From the NCBI GenBank assembly GCA_963705305.1, contig OY970067.1:4224001-4288000 (forward strand): a stretch of DNA of 64,000 nucleotides, given 5' to 3'. The DNA comes from an uncultured Methylomirabilota bacterium (lineage in GTDB: Bacteria; Methylomirabilota; Methylomirabilia; Methylomirabilales; 2-02-FULL-66-22). The translations under genes were made by a program, and so were the position numbers. The notes under the pieces are model-generated. The model did not search any database and was not told the origin of the DNA. It saw only the letters and a list, made by a program, of their open reading frames with translations. Shown in pieces: positions 53,926-63,086 of the stretch; positions within the stretch are counted from its first letter, which is position 1; every line of letters begins with the position of its first letter.

Positions 53926-55270
53926 GCTCTTCCGCGGGCATCCCGTGAAGGGACCAGTCCACCAGTTCCACCGGATGCACCGTGCGGGTTGCCAGCCCCG
54001 CCTGACGCAGACCGGCCGCGATCTGCAGCAGGCAGCCGATGTTTCCCGCGGCCACGTAGGAGGCTCCCGTCTCCTGGATGTGGGCCACCTTCCGCTGCAG
54101 CAGGCGGCCCGCCATTCCGGTCTGGACCAAATTGTAGATGCCGGCGCTGCCGCAGCAGACGTTGGATTCCGTCAAATCCGCCAGCGTGAGACCCGGGATC
54201 TGCGCCAGGATCGCTCGAGGCTCCCTGCGGAGGCGCTGCGCATGGGCCAGGTGGCAGGCCTCGTGATACGCCACGGTGAGCGGCACGGATCCCAGCGCAC
54301 CGTTCCACATGACCTCGGAGAGAACCTGGGAGATGTCCCGCACCGAGCTGCTGAACTTCTCTGCGCGTGCGCGCCATGCCGGCTCGTCGCGCAAGAGCTC
54401 CCCGTACTCCTTCATGGCCGCTCCGCAGCCCGCGGCATTGGCGACGATCAGCTCGACGCAGGCCTGCTCGAATGTTTCGATCAGGGCTTTGGCCAGCTTC
54501 CTTCCCTCGCCCGGATCGCCGGCATGCAGGTGCAGCGCCCCGCAGCAGCCCTGGCCCTCGGGTGTGACCACCTCGTAGCCCGCCGCAGCCAGCACGCGGA
54601 CCGACGCGCGGTTGATGCGGGGCAGCAGGAACCGCTGGGCGCAGCCGGTCATGAAGCCTACCCGTCCGCGGAGCTTCCCCACGGCGGGCGTGACCGGCGG
54701 AAGCGGCCGGCGTTCCGCCGAAGAGGGAACGGCCGGCAACAGCGCCTCCATCTGCGCCAGCCGCGACGACAGGAGGGACAGGATCCCGGAGCCCCGAACC
54801 GCCCGCGCGATCCCCAGCCGCTGGTACCAGTACAAGAGCGGCACCAGGCGCCCCAGGCGTTCCGGGTACGGCAACAGATGCGCCAGCAGCCAGCGGACCA
54901 GACGATCCCCGCCCGGCCGCCGATAATGCTCTTCGACCTGCTCGCGCGCCGCCTCCAGCATCGACCCGTAGGGAACGCCCGACGGGCAGGCCGCCTGGCA
55001 GGCCAGGCACCCCAGGCACTGATCCAGGTGCTTGACGATGGCGCCGCTGAAGCCGGCCGTCCCTTCGTCCAGCGCCTGCACCATGCTGATGCGGCCGCGT
55101 GGAGAGGCCATCTCCATCCCGGTCACCAGGTACGTGGGGCAGGACGGAAGACACAGGCCGCAGTGCACGCAGTCCTGGAATCCTTTCCAGGACAGGTGGC
55201 CGGCGGCGGAGGAGCAGTGCGGCATATCCCCTGCCCCGTTCGCCGCCGTCATTGTCGTCGTTGTCGTCAT
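53918..55270 (-). CDS. glcF: Glycolate oxidase/dehydrogenase Fe-S subunit
   Basis: CVHCGLCLPSCPTY, SPRGRI, CLGCLACQAACPSGV, two CCG domains. Confidence 0.9.
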   Translation of the reverse strand: MTTTTTMTAANGAGDMPHCSSAAGHLSWKGFQDCVHCGLCLPSCPTYLVTGMEMASPRGRISMVQALDEGTAGFSGAIVKHLDQCLGCLACQAACPSGVPYGSMLEAAREQVEEHYRRPGGDRLVRWLLAHLLPYPERLGRLVPLLYWYQRLGIARAVRGSGILSLLSSRLAQMEALLPAVPSSAERRPLPPVTPAVGKLRGRVGFMTGCAQRFLLPRINRASVRVLAAAGYEVVTPEGQGCCGALHLHAGDPGEGRKLAKALIETFEQACVELIVANAAGCGAAMKEYGELLRDEPAWRARAEKFSSSVRDISQVLSEVMWNGALGSVPLTVAYHEACHLAHAQRLRREPRAILAQIPGLTLADLTESNVCCGSAGIYNLVQTGMAGRLLQRKVAHIQETGASYVAAGNIGCLLQIAAGLRQAGLATRTVHPVELVDWSLHGMPAEERF

Positions 55271-55300
55271 GGGTCCCGTCGGGTTGTGCAGCGCCGCCGG

Positions 55301-56647
55301 TCAGATGCGGCCCACGTAGCGGCCTGGATTCAAGATCCCGTTCGGGTCGAAGGCGGCCTTCATGCGCCGCATCACCCCCAGCCATTCGGGGGTCCCTCCC
55401 CACACATCGAATCCTTCGAGAGCCTCCGGCGAGGCAGCCTGGACCACCAGAAAGCCGCCCAGACCCTCCACCGCGTCCCTGGCGGCCCGCACGGCCTCGG
55501 CAAGCTCGTCGGCGGTTCGCGCGCGGACCTCTCCCCGCAGGCCGCCCGCCGCCACCGTTGCCGCGATGGCCACCTCCCCTTTCCCCCGGCAGGCCTCCTG
55601 GATCGCCTGCATGGCCTTGGCGCACTCCGACGGCAGGACGCCTGCGCGCCACACGGCGCGCTGGTCCGTTCCCCCCCGGCCGGCCCAGAACAGGTCGCGG
55701 ACGCCCTGCCAGGTGCTGTCCCGATTCTCCAGCACCGTCATTCCGACACCGGTCTGCTGGGCGAACTCCGTCAGGACGGCTTCCTGCTGCTCCAGCGCCT
55801 CGGCGATGCCCGCACAGGACACCAGCAGCGTCGCACCCTCCCCGGATCCCCCGCAGGCCCGCCAGGCCCCCGCCTCCAGCAGCTCGACCCGGCTCGGCGA
55901 AAGATGCGACCCAAGGATCCGGATGGCCAAAGCCTGGCCCGAAGTCAGGTCCGGCAGGTTGAATCGCCATTCCCGTTTCTTGGCCGGCAGCGGGTAGAGA
56001 CGAAGGGTGGCCTCCAGAATCACCCCCAACGTCCCGCAAGAGCCGAGGTAGAGCTTGGTGATGTCGTAGGCCGTGGCGTTCTTCACCACCTTGGCCCCCG
56101 CCCGTGTGAGCGTGCCGTCCGCCAGCATCACCCGGGCGCCCAGCACCAGATCGCGGGCCGTCCCGTAGCGGGTGCGGAGCGGCCCCGAAAGACCCAGGGC
56201 CAGGGCGCCTCCCAGGCTGGCCTGCTCTGCCAGCGGCGGGTCCAGAGGCAGAAATTGCCCGCGCTCGCCAAGGAGCCGCTGCAGGTCGCCCAGCCGGATG
56301 CCGGCCTGGGCCGTAGCCGTCATGTCGTCGGGCTCGTGCTCCAGCAGCCGGTTCATCCGTCCCAGATCCAGGGCGACGTCGTATCGGCTCGGCGGGTATC
56401 CCACCGTCTGGTGGCAGCCGCTCCCCCAGGGAACGATGCCCAGCCGCTCGGCCGCCGCCGCGGCCAGGATCCTGGAGGCCTCCTCCTCGTCCGCGGGAAG
56501 CACGGCCAGCCGGGGCGTGGCCGGGCCCAGCCGGTAGCGGACCAGGCCATCCTCTACGACATGCTCCTCTCCGGCGATCTCGCGGAAGGCATCCGCGATC
56601 TCGGCGGAGATCGTGCCCCCCTCGGGGTTACGCTCGCGGTACATCAT
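55301..56647 (-). CDS. glcE: Glycolate oxidase FAD-binding subunit
   Basis: EPDDMTAT..AG, LPLDPP, RDLVLG, KVVKNATAYDI.KL..GS.GTLG, FDP.GILNPGR. Confidence 0.88.
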   Translation of the reverse strand: MMYRERNPEGGTISAEIADAFREIAGEEHVVEDGLVRYRLGPATPRLAVLPADEEEASRILAAAAAERLGIVPWGSGCHQTVGYPPSRYDVALDLGRMNRLLEHEPDDMTATAQAGIRLGDLQRLLGERGQFLPLDPPLAEQASLGGALALGLSGPLRTRYGTARDLVLGARVMLADGTLTRAGAKVVKNATAYDITKLYLGSCGTLGVILEATLRLYPLPAKKREWRFNLPDLTSGQALAIRILGSHLSPSRVELLEAGAWRACGGSGEGATLLVSCAGIAEALEQQEAVLTEFAQQTGVGMTVLENRDSTWQGVRDLFWAGRGGTDQRAVWRAGVLPSECAKAMQAIQEACRGKGEVAIAATVAAGGLRGEVRARTADELAEAVRAARDAVEGLGGFLVVQAASPEALEGFDVWGGTPEWLGVMRRMKAAFDPNGILNPGRYVGRI

Positions 56648-58064
56648 CTGGGAAGATCTTCCCGGGATTGCACAGGCCGGCCGGATCCAGCACCGCCTGT
56701 ACGCGCCGCATGGCCCGCAGATCCTCCGGGCCGTACATGTAGTGGAGGTACTCCCGCTTCTCCACGCCGATGCCGTGCTCTCCCGTCACGGTGCCCCCGG
56801 CCCGGATGCAGCACCGCATGATCTCCTTCTCCGCGGCGAAGGCCCGGTCCAGGTCGCCCGGAATGCTTCGGTCGTAGCAGATCATGGGGTGCACGTTGCC
56901 GTCCCCGGCGTGGAAGACGTTGGCCACCAGGACGCCGTGTCGGGCCCCGATCTCGTCGATCTCCCGCAGGACCGCCGGGAGCTTTGTCCGCGGCACCACC
57001 GCGTCCTGGATGAAATACTGGCGCGCCATCCGTCCGAACGAGCCGGCGGCCTCCTTCCGGCCTTTCCAGAGCAGCGTCCGCTCCTCCTCCGTCCGGGCGG
57101 TCTGCACCTTGAGACACCCGTGCTCGCGACAGACGGCCTCCACCCCCACCGCCTCGGCCTCGATCTCGGACCGCAGGCCCTCCAGCTCGATGAGCAGGAC
57201 CGCGCCCGCGTCCAGGGGATAGCCGGCGTGGGCGTTGGCCTCCACCGCCTGGATCGTCGGCCGGTCGATCATCTCCATGGCCACGGGGATGATCCCCTGC
57301 GCGATGATCTCCGAGACGGCGTTGCTGGCATCCTCCATGGTCCGGAACACGGCCAGGATTGTCTTGACCGCCTCCGGCAGCGGGAGCAGGCGCACCGTCA
57401 CCTCGGTGCACAGCCCCAGGGTCCCCTCGGAGCCGATGAACACCCCCAGCAGATCGTAGCCGGGCGCGTCCTGCCGCTTTCCGCCCAGCCGCAGGACCTC
57501 GCCGTCCGGGAGGACCACCGTGGCCCCCAGGATGTGGTTCGTGGTCGTGCCGTACTTCAGGCAGTGGGGTCCGCCCGCGTTCTCGGCGACGTTCCCCCCG
57601 ATGGTGCACGCCTGCTGGCTGGCCGGATCCGGCGCATAGAACAGCCCATGGGGCCGAACCGCATTGGTCAGCCAGAGGTTGATGCAGCCCGCCTCCACCG
57701 TGGCCATCCGGTTGGGGACGTCAATCTCCAGGATGCGCGTCATCCGCGCCAGCACGATGAGCACCCCGCCAACGACGGGAGTGGCGCCGCCCGAGAGGCC
57801 GGTGCCGGCCCCCCGGGGCAGGAACGGGATGCCCTCGGCCTGGCATAGGCGCACCGCGTCCGCCACCTGCCGGGTCGACGTCGGCAGAATCACCAGATCG
57901 GGCATGCCGCGGTGGTAGAAGGCGATGGCATCGCTGTCGTACACCCGCAGCTCGTCCGGATCGGAAATCACGGCCTCCGGGCCGACGATCCGCGCCAGGC
58001 CCCGGATCAGCCGCGCCCGCTTGTCGGGATCCAGTCCGTTTCCATGCATGCGATCGCTTGCCAT
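56628..58064 (-). CDS. glcD: Glycolate oxidase subunit (FAD-linked oxidase)
   Basis: RGAGTGLSGG, YAPDPASQ.ACTIGGNVAENAGG.HCLKYG, HAGDGN.HP, GEHGIG; start uncertain. Confidence 0.92.
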   Translation of the reverse strand: MASDRMHGNGLDPDKRARLIRGLARIVGPEAVISDPDELRVYDSDAIAFYHRGMPDLVILPTSTRQVADAVRLCQAEGIPFLPRGAGTGLSGGATPVVGGVLIVLARMTRILEIDVPNRMATVEAGCINLWLTNAVRPHGLFYAPDPASQQACTIGGNVAENAGGPHCLKYGTTTNHILGATVVLPDGEVLRLGGKRQDAPGYDLLGVFIGSEGTLGLCTEVTVRLLPLPEAVKTILAVFRTMEDASNAVSEIIAQGIIPVAMEMIDRPTIQAVEANAHAGYPLDAGAVLLIELEGLRSEIEAEAVGVEAVCREHGCLKVQTARTEEERTLLWKGRKEAAGSFGRMARQYFIQDAVVPRTKLPAVLREIDEIGARHGVLVANVFHAGDGNVHPMICYDRSIPGDLDRAFAAEKEIMRCCIRAGGTVTGEHGIGVEKREYLHYMYGPEDLRAMRRVQAVLDPAGLCNPGKIFPDDVPRA

Positions 58065-58153
58065 CCTTCCGGTCGCCGAGGACGGCGCGCGGACGGACAC
58101 CAGCCGTCCCCGTCCGCTGTCAGATCCTCGGCCCGCCGGTCGCGTTTGCGGCG

Positions 58154-59173
58154 TCAGCTCACGACCCAGCTTTCGCCCCGCCGGAACAGGGCGTCCATGT
58201 CCCCCGCGCCCTGCTTCTGCCGGACGGCCGCAATCTGGGCGGCAATGCCCGCCTCGTACGCCTGACGATCCTCCACGTGAAAGACGCCGATGGGGGTGGG
58301 GCGCTGTAGGTGGGCCAGCATGTAGGACAGGGCGCGATTGTTCTGGTCGTGAACCAAAAGATCCGCCTCGGTCAGACCCGCGCCTAGCGTGACCACCTCC
58401 AGGCGGCCGTTCGCGCCCAGCCGGATACCTTTGTCCCGGTTTTTCCCGAAGACCAGCGGCTTGCCGTGCTCGAGCAACAGAACGTTGTCCGCCTTGGTGG
58501 TCTTATCGGTCAGCGAGTCCCAGGCGCCGTCGTTGAAGATGTTGCAGTTCTGCAGGATCTCGATGAAGGCGCCCCCCGGATGTTCGTAGGCGCGGCGGAG
58601 CATGTCCTGCAAGTGCTTCGCCTCGATGTCGATACTCCGCGCCACGAAGCTGGCGTCCACACCCATGGCTACGGCAATGGGGTTGAACGGGTAGTCGACC
58701 GAGCCGAACGGGGTGGACTTGGTGATCTTGCCCTGCTCGGAGGTCGGGGAGTACTGTCCCTTGGTGAGGCCGTAGATGCGATTGTTGAACAGCAGGATCT
58801 TGATGCCCACATTCCGGCGGAGGGTGTGGATCAGGTGGTTGCCCCCGATGCTCAGGCCGTCGCCATCCCCCGTCACCACCCACACCGACAGGTCCGGGCG
58901 GCAGATCTTGAGGCCGCTGGCGATCGCCGGGGCCCGCCCGTGGATGCCGTGAAATCCGTAGGTGTTCATGTAGTAGGGAAACCGGCTCGAGCAGCCGATC
59001 CCCGAGATGAACACGAACTTCTCCCGCGGGAGCCCCAGCTCCGGCATGACCTTCTGCACCTGGGCCAGGATGGAGTAATCCCCACAGCCCGGGCACCAGC
59101 GGACATCCTGATCCGATACGAAATCCTTCCGCGTCAACTTGGGGGCCTCGGTGGCCGTCGCCGTGTCGTTCAT
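58154..59173 (-). CDS. korB: 2-oxoacid:ferredoxin oxidoreductase beta subunit (Kor type)
   Basis: RWCPGCGDY, SGIGCSSRFPYY, HGRA, GDGD, NNRIYGLTKGQYSPT. Confidence 0.92.
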   Translation of the reverse strand: MNDTATATEAPKLTRKDFVSDQDVRWCPGCGDYSILAQVQKVMPELGLPREKFVFISGIGCSSRFPYYMNTYGFHGIHGRAPAIASGLKICRPDLSVWVVTGDGDGLSIGGNHLIHTLRRNVGIKILLFNNRIYGLTKGQYSPTSEQGKITKSTPFGSVDYPFNPIAVAMGVDASFVARSIDIEAKHLQDMLRRAYEHPGGAFIEILQNCNIFNDGAWDSLTDKTTKADNVLLLEHGKPLVFGKNRDKGIRLGANGRLEVVTLGAGLTEADLLVHDQNNRALSYMLAHLQRPTPIGVFHVEDRQAYEAGIAAQIAAVRQKQGAGDMDALFRRGESWVVS

Positions 59174-59174
59174 C

Positions 59175-61034
59175 CTACCCCTCCAACAGTTCCCGGATCT
59201 TGCCGGTGATTTCGGAGACCTTGAAAGGCTGCCCTTGGACCTTGCTCAGGCCGATGGCGCCCACCAGGTACGTGCCCCGCAGGATCATCAAGAGCTGCCC
59301 CATGTTCATCTCGGGGACGAGCACCGTTCGGAACCGCCGGAGAATCCCCCCCAGGTCGGGCGGCAGCGGGTTCAGGTACCTGAGATGCACGTGGGACACC
59401 CCCTTGCCCTCCCGCCGCAGCTCGTCCATCGCCGCCGCGATGGAGCCGTAGGTGCTTCCCCATCCCACCACCAGCACGTCGCCGCTCTCCGCCCCGCGCA
59501 CGGTGGTTGGAGGAATATCCTGCGCCACGTTGGCCACCTTGCCGGCCCGGGCCAGCGTCATGCGCTGATGATTCGCGGGCGAGTAGCTGATGTTCCCCGT
59601 CAGATCTTCCTTCTCGATTCCGCCCACACGGTGCTCCAGTCCCGGAGTCCCCGGCCGGACCCAGGGGCGCGCCAGGGTTTTCGGATCGCGCAGGTACGGC
59701 GAGAAGTCCTCGATCTCGGTCCGGAAGCGGACCGGGATGGACGGGAGATCGGCAAAGCGGGGGACCCGCCACGGCTCGGCCCCGTTGGCCAGGTACCCGT
59801 CGGACAGCACGATGACCGGGGTCATGTACTTGATGGCGATGCGGACCGCTTCGTAGGCCGTGGCAAAGCAATCGCCCGGCGTCGACGCGGCCAGGACCGG
59901 AAGCGGCGAGTCGCTGTTCCGGCCGAAAATGGCCTGGTAGAGATCGGCCTGCTCCGTCTTGGTGGGCAGCCCCGTGCTGGGGCCGCCCCGCTGGATGTCG
60001 CAGATCACCAGGGGCAGCTCGACCATCACCGCCAGATTGATGGCCTCCTGCTTCAAGGCGATCCCGGGGCCGCTGCTGGTGGTGACCCCCAAGCACCCTC
60101 CGAAGGACGCCCCCAGGGCCGAGCAGACGCCGGCGATCTCGTCCTCAGCCTGAAAGGTGTACACGCCGAACTGCTTGTATTGCGACAGCTCGTGCAGGAT
60201 GTCGCTGGCCGGCGTGATGGGGTAGCTCCCCAGGAACAGGGGCAGGCCCGCCTTCTCCGCCCCGGCCAGAAGACCCAGGGCCAGGGCCGAGTTTCCGGTC
60301 ATGTTGCGATAGGTCCCGGGGGTCAACCGGGCCGGCCTCACCTCGTACTGCACGGAGAACAGCTCGGTGGTTTCGCCGTAATCGTAGCCGGCGCGGAGCA
60401 CCCGCGCATTCGCCTCGACCAGCTCCGGGGTTTTGCCGAACTTGTCCTGGATCCACTTCACGGTGGGCTCGATCGGCCGGCTGTACAGCCAGGAGCAGAG
60501 CCCCAGGGCGAAAAAGTTCTTGCAGCGGGTGGCCACCTTGTTGGACAGCTTGAGGTCGTCGAGGACTCGCAGGGTGATCCCGGTCATGTCCACGACAACC
60601 ACCCGATACTTCTCGAGGGAGCCGTCCTCCAGGGGATTCGTCGCATATCCGGCCTTTTTCAGGTTGCCCGCGTCGAACCCATCCCGGTCCGCCAACAGGA
60701 GACCTCCCGGCTTCAGGTCGCCGATGTTCACCTTCAGCGCGGCCGGATTCATCGCCACCAGGACATCGGGGTTGTCTCCCGGCGTGTAGATATCGATGCC
60801 GCTGAAATTGAGCTGGAAGCCGCTCACGCCCGCCAGGGTTCCCGCCGGCGCCCGGATCTCCGCCGGAAAATCCGGCAGCGTCCCGACGTTGTTCCCTGCC
60901 AGGGCCGACTCGGTGGTGAACTGCATGCCGGTCAACTGCATTCCGTCACCCGAATCTCCGGCGAATCGGATGACCACACTCTCCCGCTGCTCACGCGGCT
61001 TCGCGGCAGCCCCCGCCTCCGACGTTCTCGACAC
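59175..61034 (-). CDS. korA: 2-oxoacid:ferredoxin oxidoreductase alpha subunit (gamma-alpha fusion, Kor type)
   Basis: [50 protein letters not shown]. Confidence 0.92.
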   Translation of the reverse strand: MSRTSEAGAAAKPREQRESVVIRFAGDSGDGMQLTGMQFTTESALAGNNVGTLPDFPAEIRAPAGTLAGVSGFQLNFSGIDIYTPGDNPDVLVAMNPAALKVNIGDLKPGGLLLADRDGFDAGNLKKAGYATNPLEDGSLEKYRVVVVDMTGITLRVLDDLKLSNKVATRCKNFFALGLCSWLYSRPIEPTVKWIQDKFGKTPELVEANARVLRAGYDYGETTELFSVQYEVRPARLTPGTYRNMTGNSALALGLLAGAEKAGLPLFLGSYPITPASDILHELSQYKQFGVYTFQAEDEIAGVCSALGASFGGCLGVTTSSGPGIALKQEAINLAVMVELPLVICDIQRGGPSTGLPTKTEQADLYQAIFGRNSDSPLPVLAASTPGDCFATAYEAVRIAIKYMTPVIVLSDGYLANGAEPWRVPRFADLPSIPVRFRTEIEDFSPYLRDPKTLARPWVRPGTPGLEHRVGGIEKEDLTGNISYSPANHQRMTLARAGKVANVAQDIPPTTVRGAESGDVLVVGWGSTYGSIAAAMDELRREGKGVSHVHLRYLNPLPPDLGGILRRFRTVLVPEMNMGQLLMILRGTYLVGAIGLSKVQGQPFKVSEITGKIRELLEG

Positions 61035-61175
61035 TCATGGCCTTCGCAAACTCCTTTGGGTGCGCCAGGTGCACCCATGCAGGACGCGGCTCGGGGGTTG
61101 CCTCACCCCTTGACCTCTGCCACGTCCCTGCAGTTCATCAGACCTAGAAGAAAAGTCATCGATGTCAGTTGTTCC

Positions 61176-61742
61176 TTATTTATCAGTACGTTCCCACGGA
61201 AAGCTCACAAGATCCTTACGACTATTTCGCTCACCCTTGATCTTTTCCTGGAGCAGCATGATGCCGTGGATGAGCTGCTCCGGCCGCGGCGGACACCCCG
61301 GCACATACACGTCCACCGGAACGACCTGATCCACCCCCTGGACGATGGTGTACGTGTTGAAGACCCCCCCGCAGGAGGCGCAGGCGCCCATCGCGATAAC
61401 CCACTTGGGATCGGGCATCTGGTCATAGATCTTCCGCAGGACAGGAGCCATTTTCCGGCTGACCCGCCCCGCGACGATCATCAGATCGGCCTGCCGCGGA
61501 GACGCGCGGAACACCTCCGCCCCGAACCGCGCCAGGTCGAACCGAGAAGCCCCGGTCGCCATCATCTCGATTGCACAACACGCCAGGCCGAATGTCGCCG
61601 GCCAGATGGAAGAGCGACGGGCCCAGTTCACCACTTTATCCAGGGAGGTGAGCAGAATCCCCCGCTCGAATTCGGCCTCTTCCCTCTCCTGCTCCTGGAC
61701 GGTCTGTGCGTTTGATTGGACCGCTATCGTGTCGCTGCTCAT
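61176..61742 (-). CDS. nuoB: NADH-quinone oxidoreductase subunit B (stand-alone)
   Basis: [37 protein letters not shown]. Confidence 0.95.
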   Translation of the reverse strand: MSSDTIAVQSNAQTVQEQEREEAEFERGILLTSLDKVVNWARRSSIWPATFGLACCAIEMMATGASRFDLARFGAEVFRASPRQADLMIVAGRVSRKMAPVLRKIYDQMPDPKWVIAMGACASCGGVFNTYTIVQGVDQVVPVDVYVPGCPPRPEQLIHGIMLLQEKIKGERNSRKDLVSFPWERTDK

Positions 61743-61802
61743 CGAGCCGCCTTTCCCGATTCCTCCACCCTGAATCCCGGGTGGTCATCACGCCGCCGCG
61801 CG

Positions 61803-61854
61803 TTCACCCCGGACGGCCCGCCCCCTGGTCGATGGCCCGGCCGTCCGGGGTGAA
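61803..61854. other. Strong intergenic hairpin between iscA and nuoB
   Basis: Perfect 16-bp inverted repeat TTCACCCCGGACGGCC / GGCCGTCCGGGGTGAA. Confidence 0.65.
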
Positions 61855-61879
61855 GCCTATCCGAAAATGCCTCGCGCCG

Positions 61880-62203
61880 CTACGCGGTAAAGCTCTGGCC
61901 GCAGCCGCAGCTCCCCTTGGCGTTGGGATTCTTCAGCGCAAACCCGGCCCCCATGAGTCCGTCGACGAAGTCGATCTCGGTCCCGTTGAGATACAGGAAG
62001 GACTTCGGGTCCACGACGACCTTTACGCCTTCCGTCTCGAAGACCTGATCGCCGGGCTGGGGAGCATCGAAGACCAGCTGATACTGGAATCCGGAGCAGC
62101 CGCCGCCGACGACCCGCACGCGCAGACCCGCTTCGCCCGGAGCCTCCTGGGCCGTCTGGATCCCCTTGATCTTCTCGGCAGCGGTGGGTGTCACTGTGAT
62201 CAT
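61880..62203 (-). CDS. A-type Fe-S cluster carrier (IscA/ErpA/HesB)
   Basis: LRVRVVGGGCSGFQY, IDFVDGLMGAGF..KNPNA..SCGCGQSF. Confidence 0.95.
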   Translation of the reverse strand: MITVTPTAAEKIKGIQTAQEAPGEAGLRVRVVGGGCSGFQYQLVFDAPQPGDQVFETEGVKVVVDPKSFLYLNGTEIDFVDGLMGAGFALKNPNAKGSCGCGQSFTA

Positions 62204-62299
62204 TGCGCAAGTCCTCCTTCGAGTTGTCCGGTTGATGCTGCCACAAAACACCATGCGGTACGGCTCTACTCCCCGCCGGGACGCAGGCGATTGCAGCGA

Positions 62300-62794
62300 T
62301 CAGGCTGCGTCAATCAAGGCCTGCATGTGCAGCGGCACCGCCTGCCTCCCCATGATGACAGGGCACTTGCCGCAGACCTCTGGTCCCGGCTCCAGCGAAC
62401 AGTGGCTGCAGCGATTCAGGATCGTCAGCGTCTCCCGCACCGACTCCTGCATGGCCCGGTACTGCGACATCCGGCTGTCCATCTCGACCAGTTGCTGCCG
62501 GAGGATTTGTTGGATCCCGGGGGCGATCTCGGAAGCCGCGCGTCCGCGCTGGCGCTCGTCAAACAGGGCCTTGACCTGCGCCAGGGGGATGTCCAGGTGC
62601 TGCAGATTTCGGATCAGATGAAGCTTTCGCAGCTCGTCCTCCTCGTAGAGTCGGAAGCCTCCTTTGGTCCGTCCCGCCGGCGCGATCAGGCCCCGCTCTT
62701 CGTAGTAGCGAATGGTCCGGAGCGTGGTCCCGGCCTTCTTGGCCAGGTCCCCGATGCGCATCAGATTCTTGCCGTTTCCGTTGCCCTGACCCAT
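62300..62794 (-). CDS. MerR-family regulator with C-terminal four-Cys cluster
   Basis: MRIGDLAKKAGTTLRTIRYYEERGLI.P..RT.GGFRLY; C-terminal CSHC-x7-CGKCP. Confidence 0.92.
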   Translation of the reverse strand: MGQGNGNGKNLMRIGDLAKKAGTTLRTIRYYEERGLIAPAGRTKGGFRLYEEDELRKLHLIRNLQHLDIPLAQVKALFDERQRGRAASEIAPGIQQILRQQLVEMDSRMSQYRAMQESVRETLTILNRCSHCSLEPGPEVCGKCPVIMGRQAVPLHMQALIDAA

Positions 62795-62822
62795 TGAAAA
62801 TACCCCGAATCAGTCCTGGATT

Positions 62823-62852
62823 AAAGTAGCAAAACATGACGTAAACGTCAAT
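62823..62852 (-). promoter_or_regulatory. Sigma70 promoter with overlapping palindromic MerR/LiuR-like operator
   Basis: Minus strand TTGACG-17 nt-TACTTT; palindrome TGACGT-TT-ACGTCA (62837-62850) covers the -35 box. Confidence 0.75.
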
Positions 62853-63086
62853 GTGTTTCCTGCGATATTTCCTGATTATTCGATAGCTGGCAGGCGATCA
62901 GGATGCATGGATAAGTTCTTGAGAATACAGTGTCTATTTTTGAATTGGTATTCCTTGACAAAAAGGAGATCACCTGGCTCTGGATTCGAATGCTGGTACA
63001 TGTTCCGACCGGTCGGTTTTGGCGCAATTGGCAAAGAGCATGGTGCATAGGGCAGTAGGCGCTGAGGCGCAAGGGCGCAGGGGGGC

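Noticed and set aside
61020..61038. Possible further indel at the korA start (ATG 61038 out of frame)
   Set aside because: The in-frame GTG at 61034 has a usable upstream AAGG, so it cannot be decided from sequence alone
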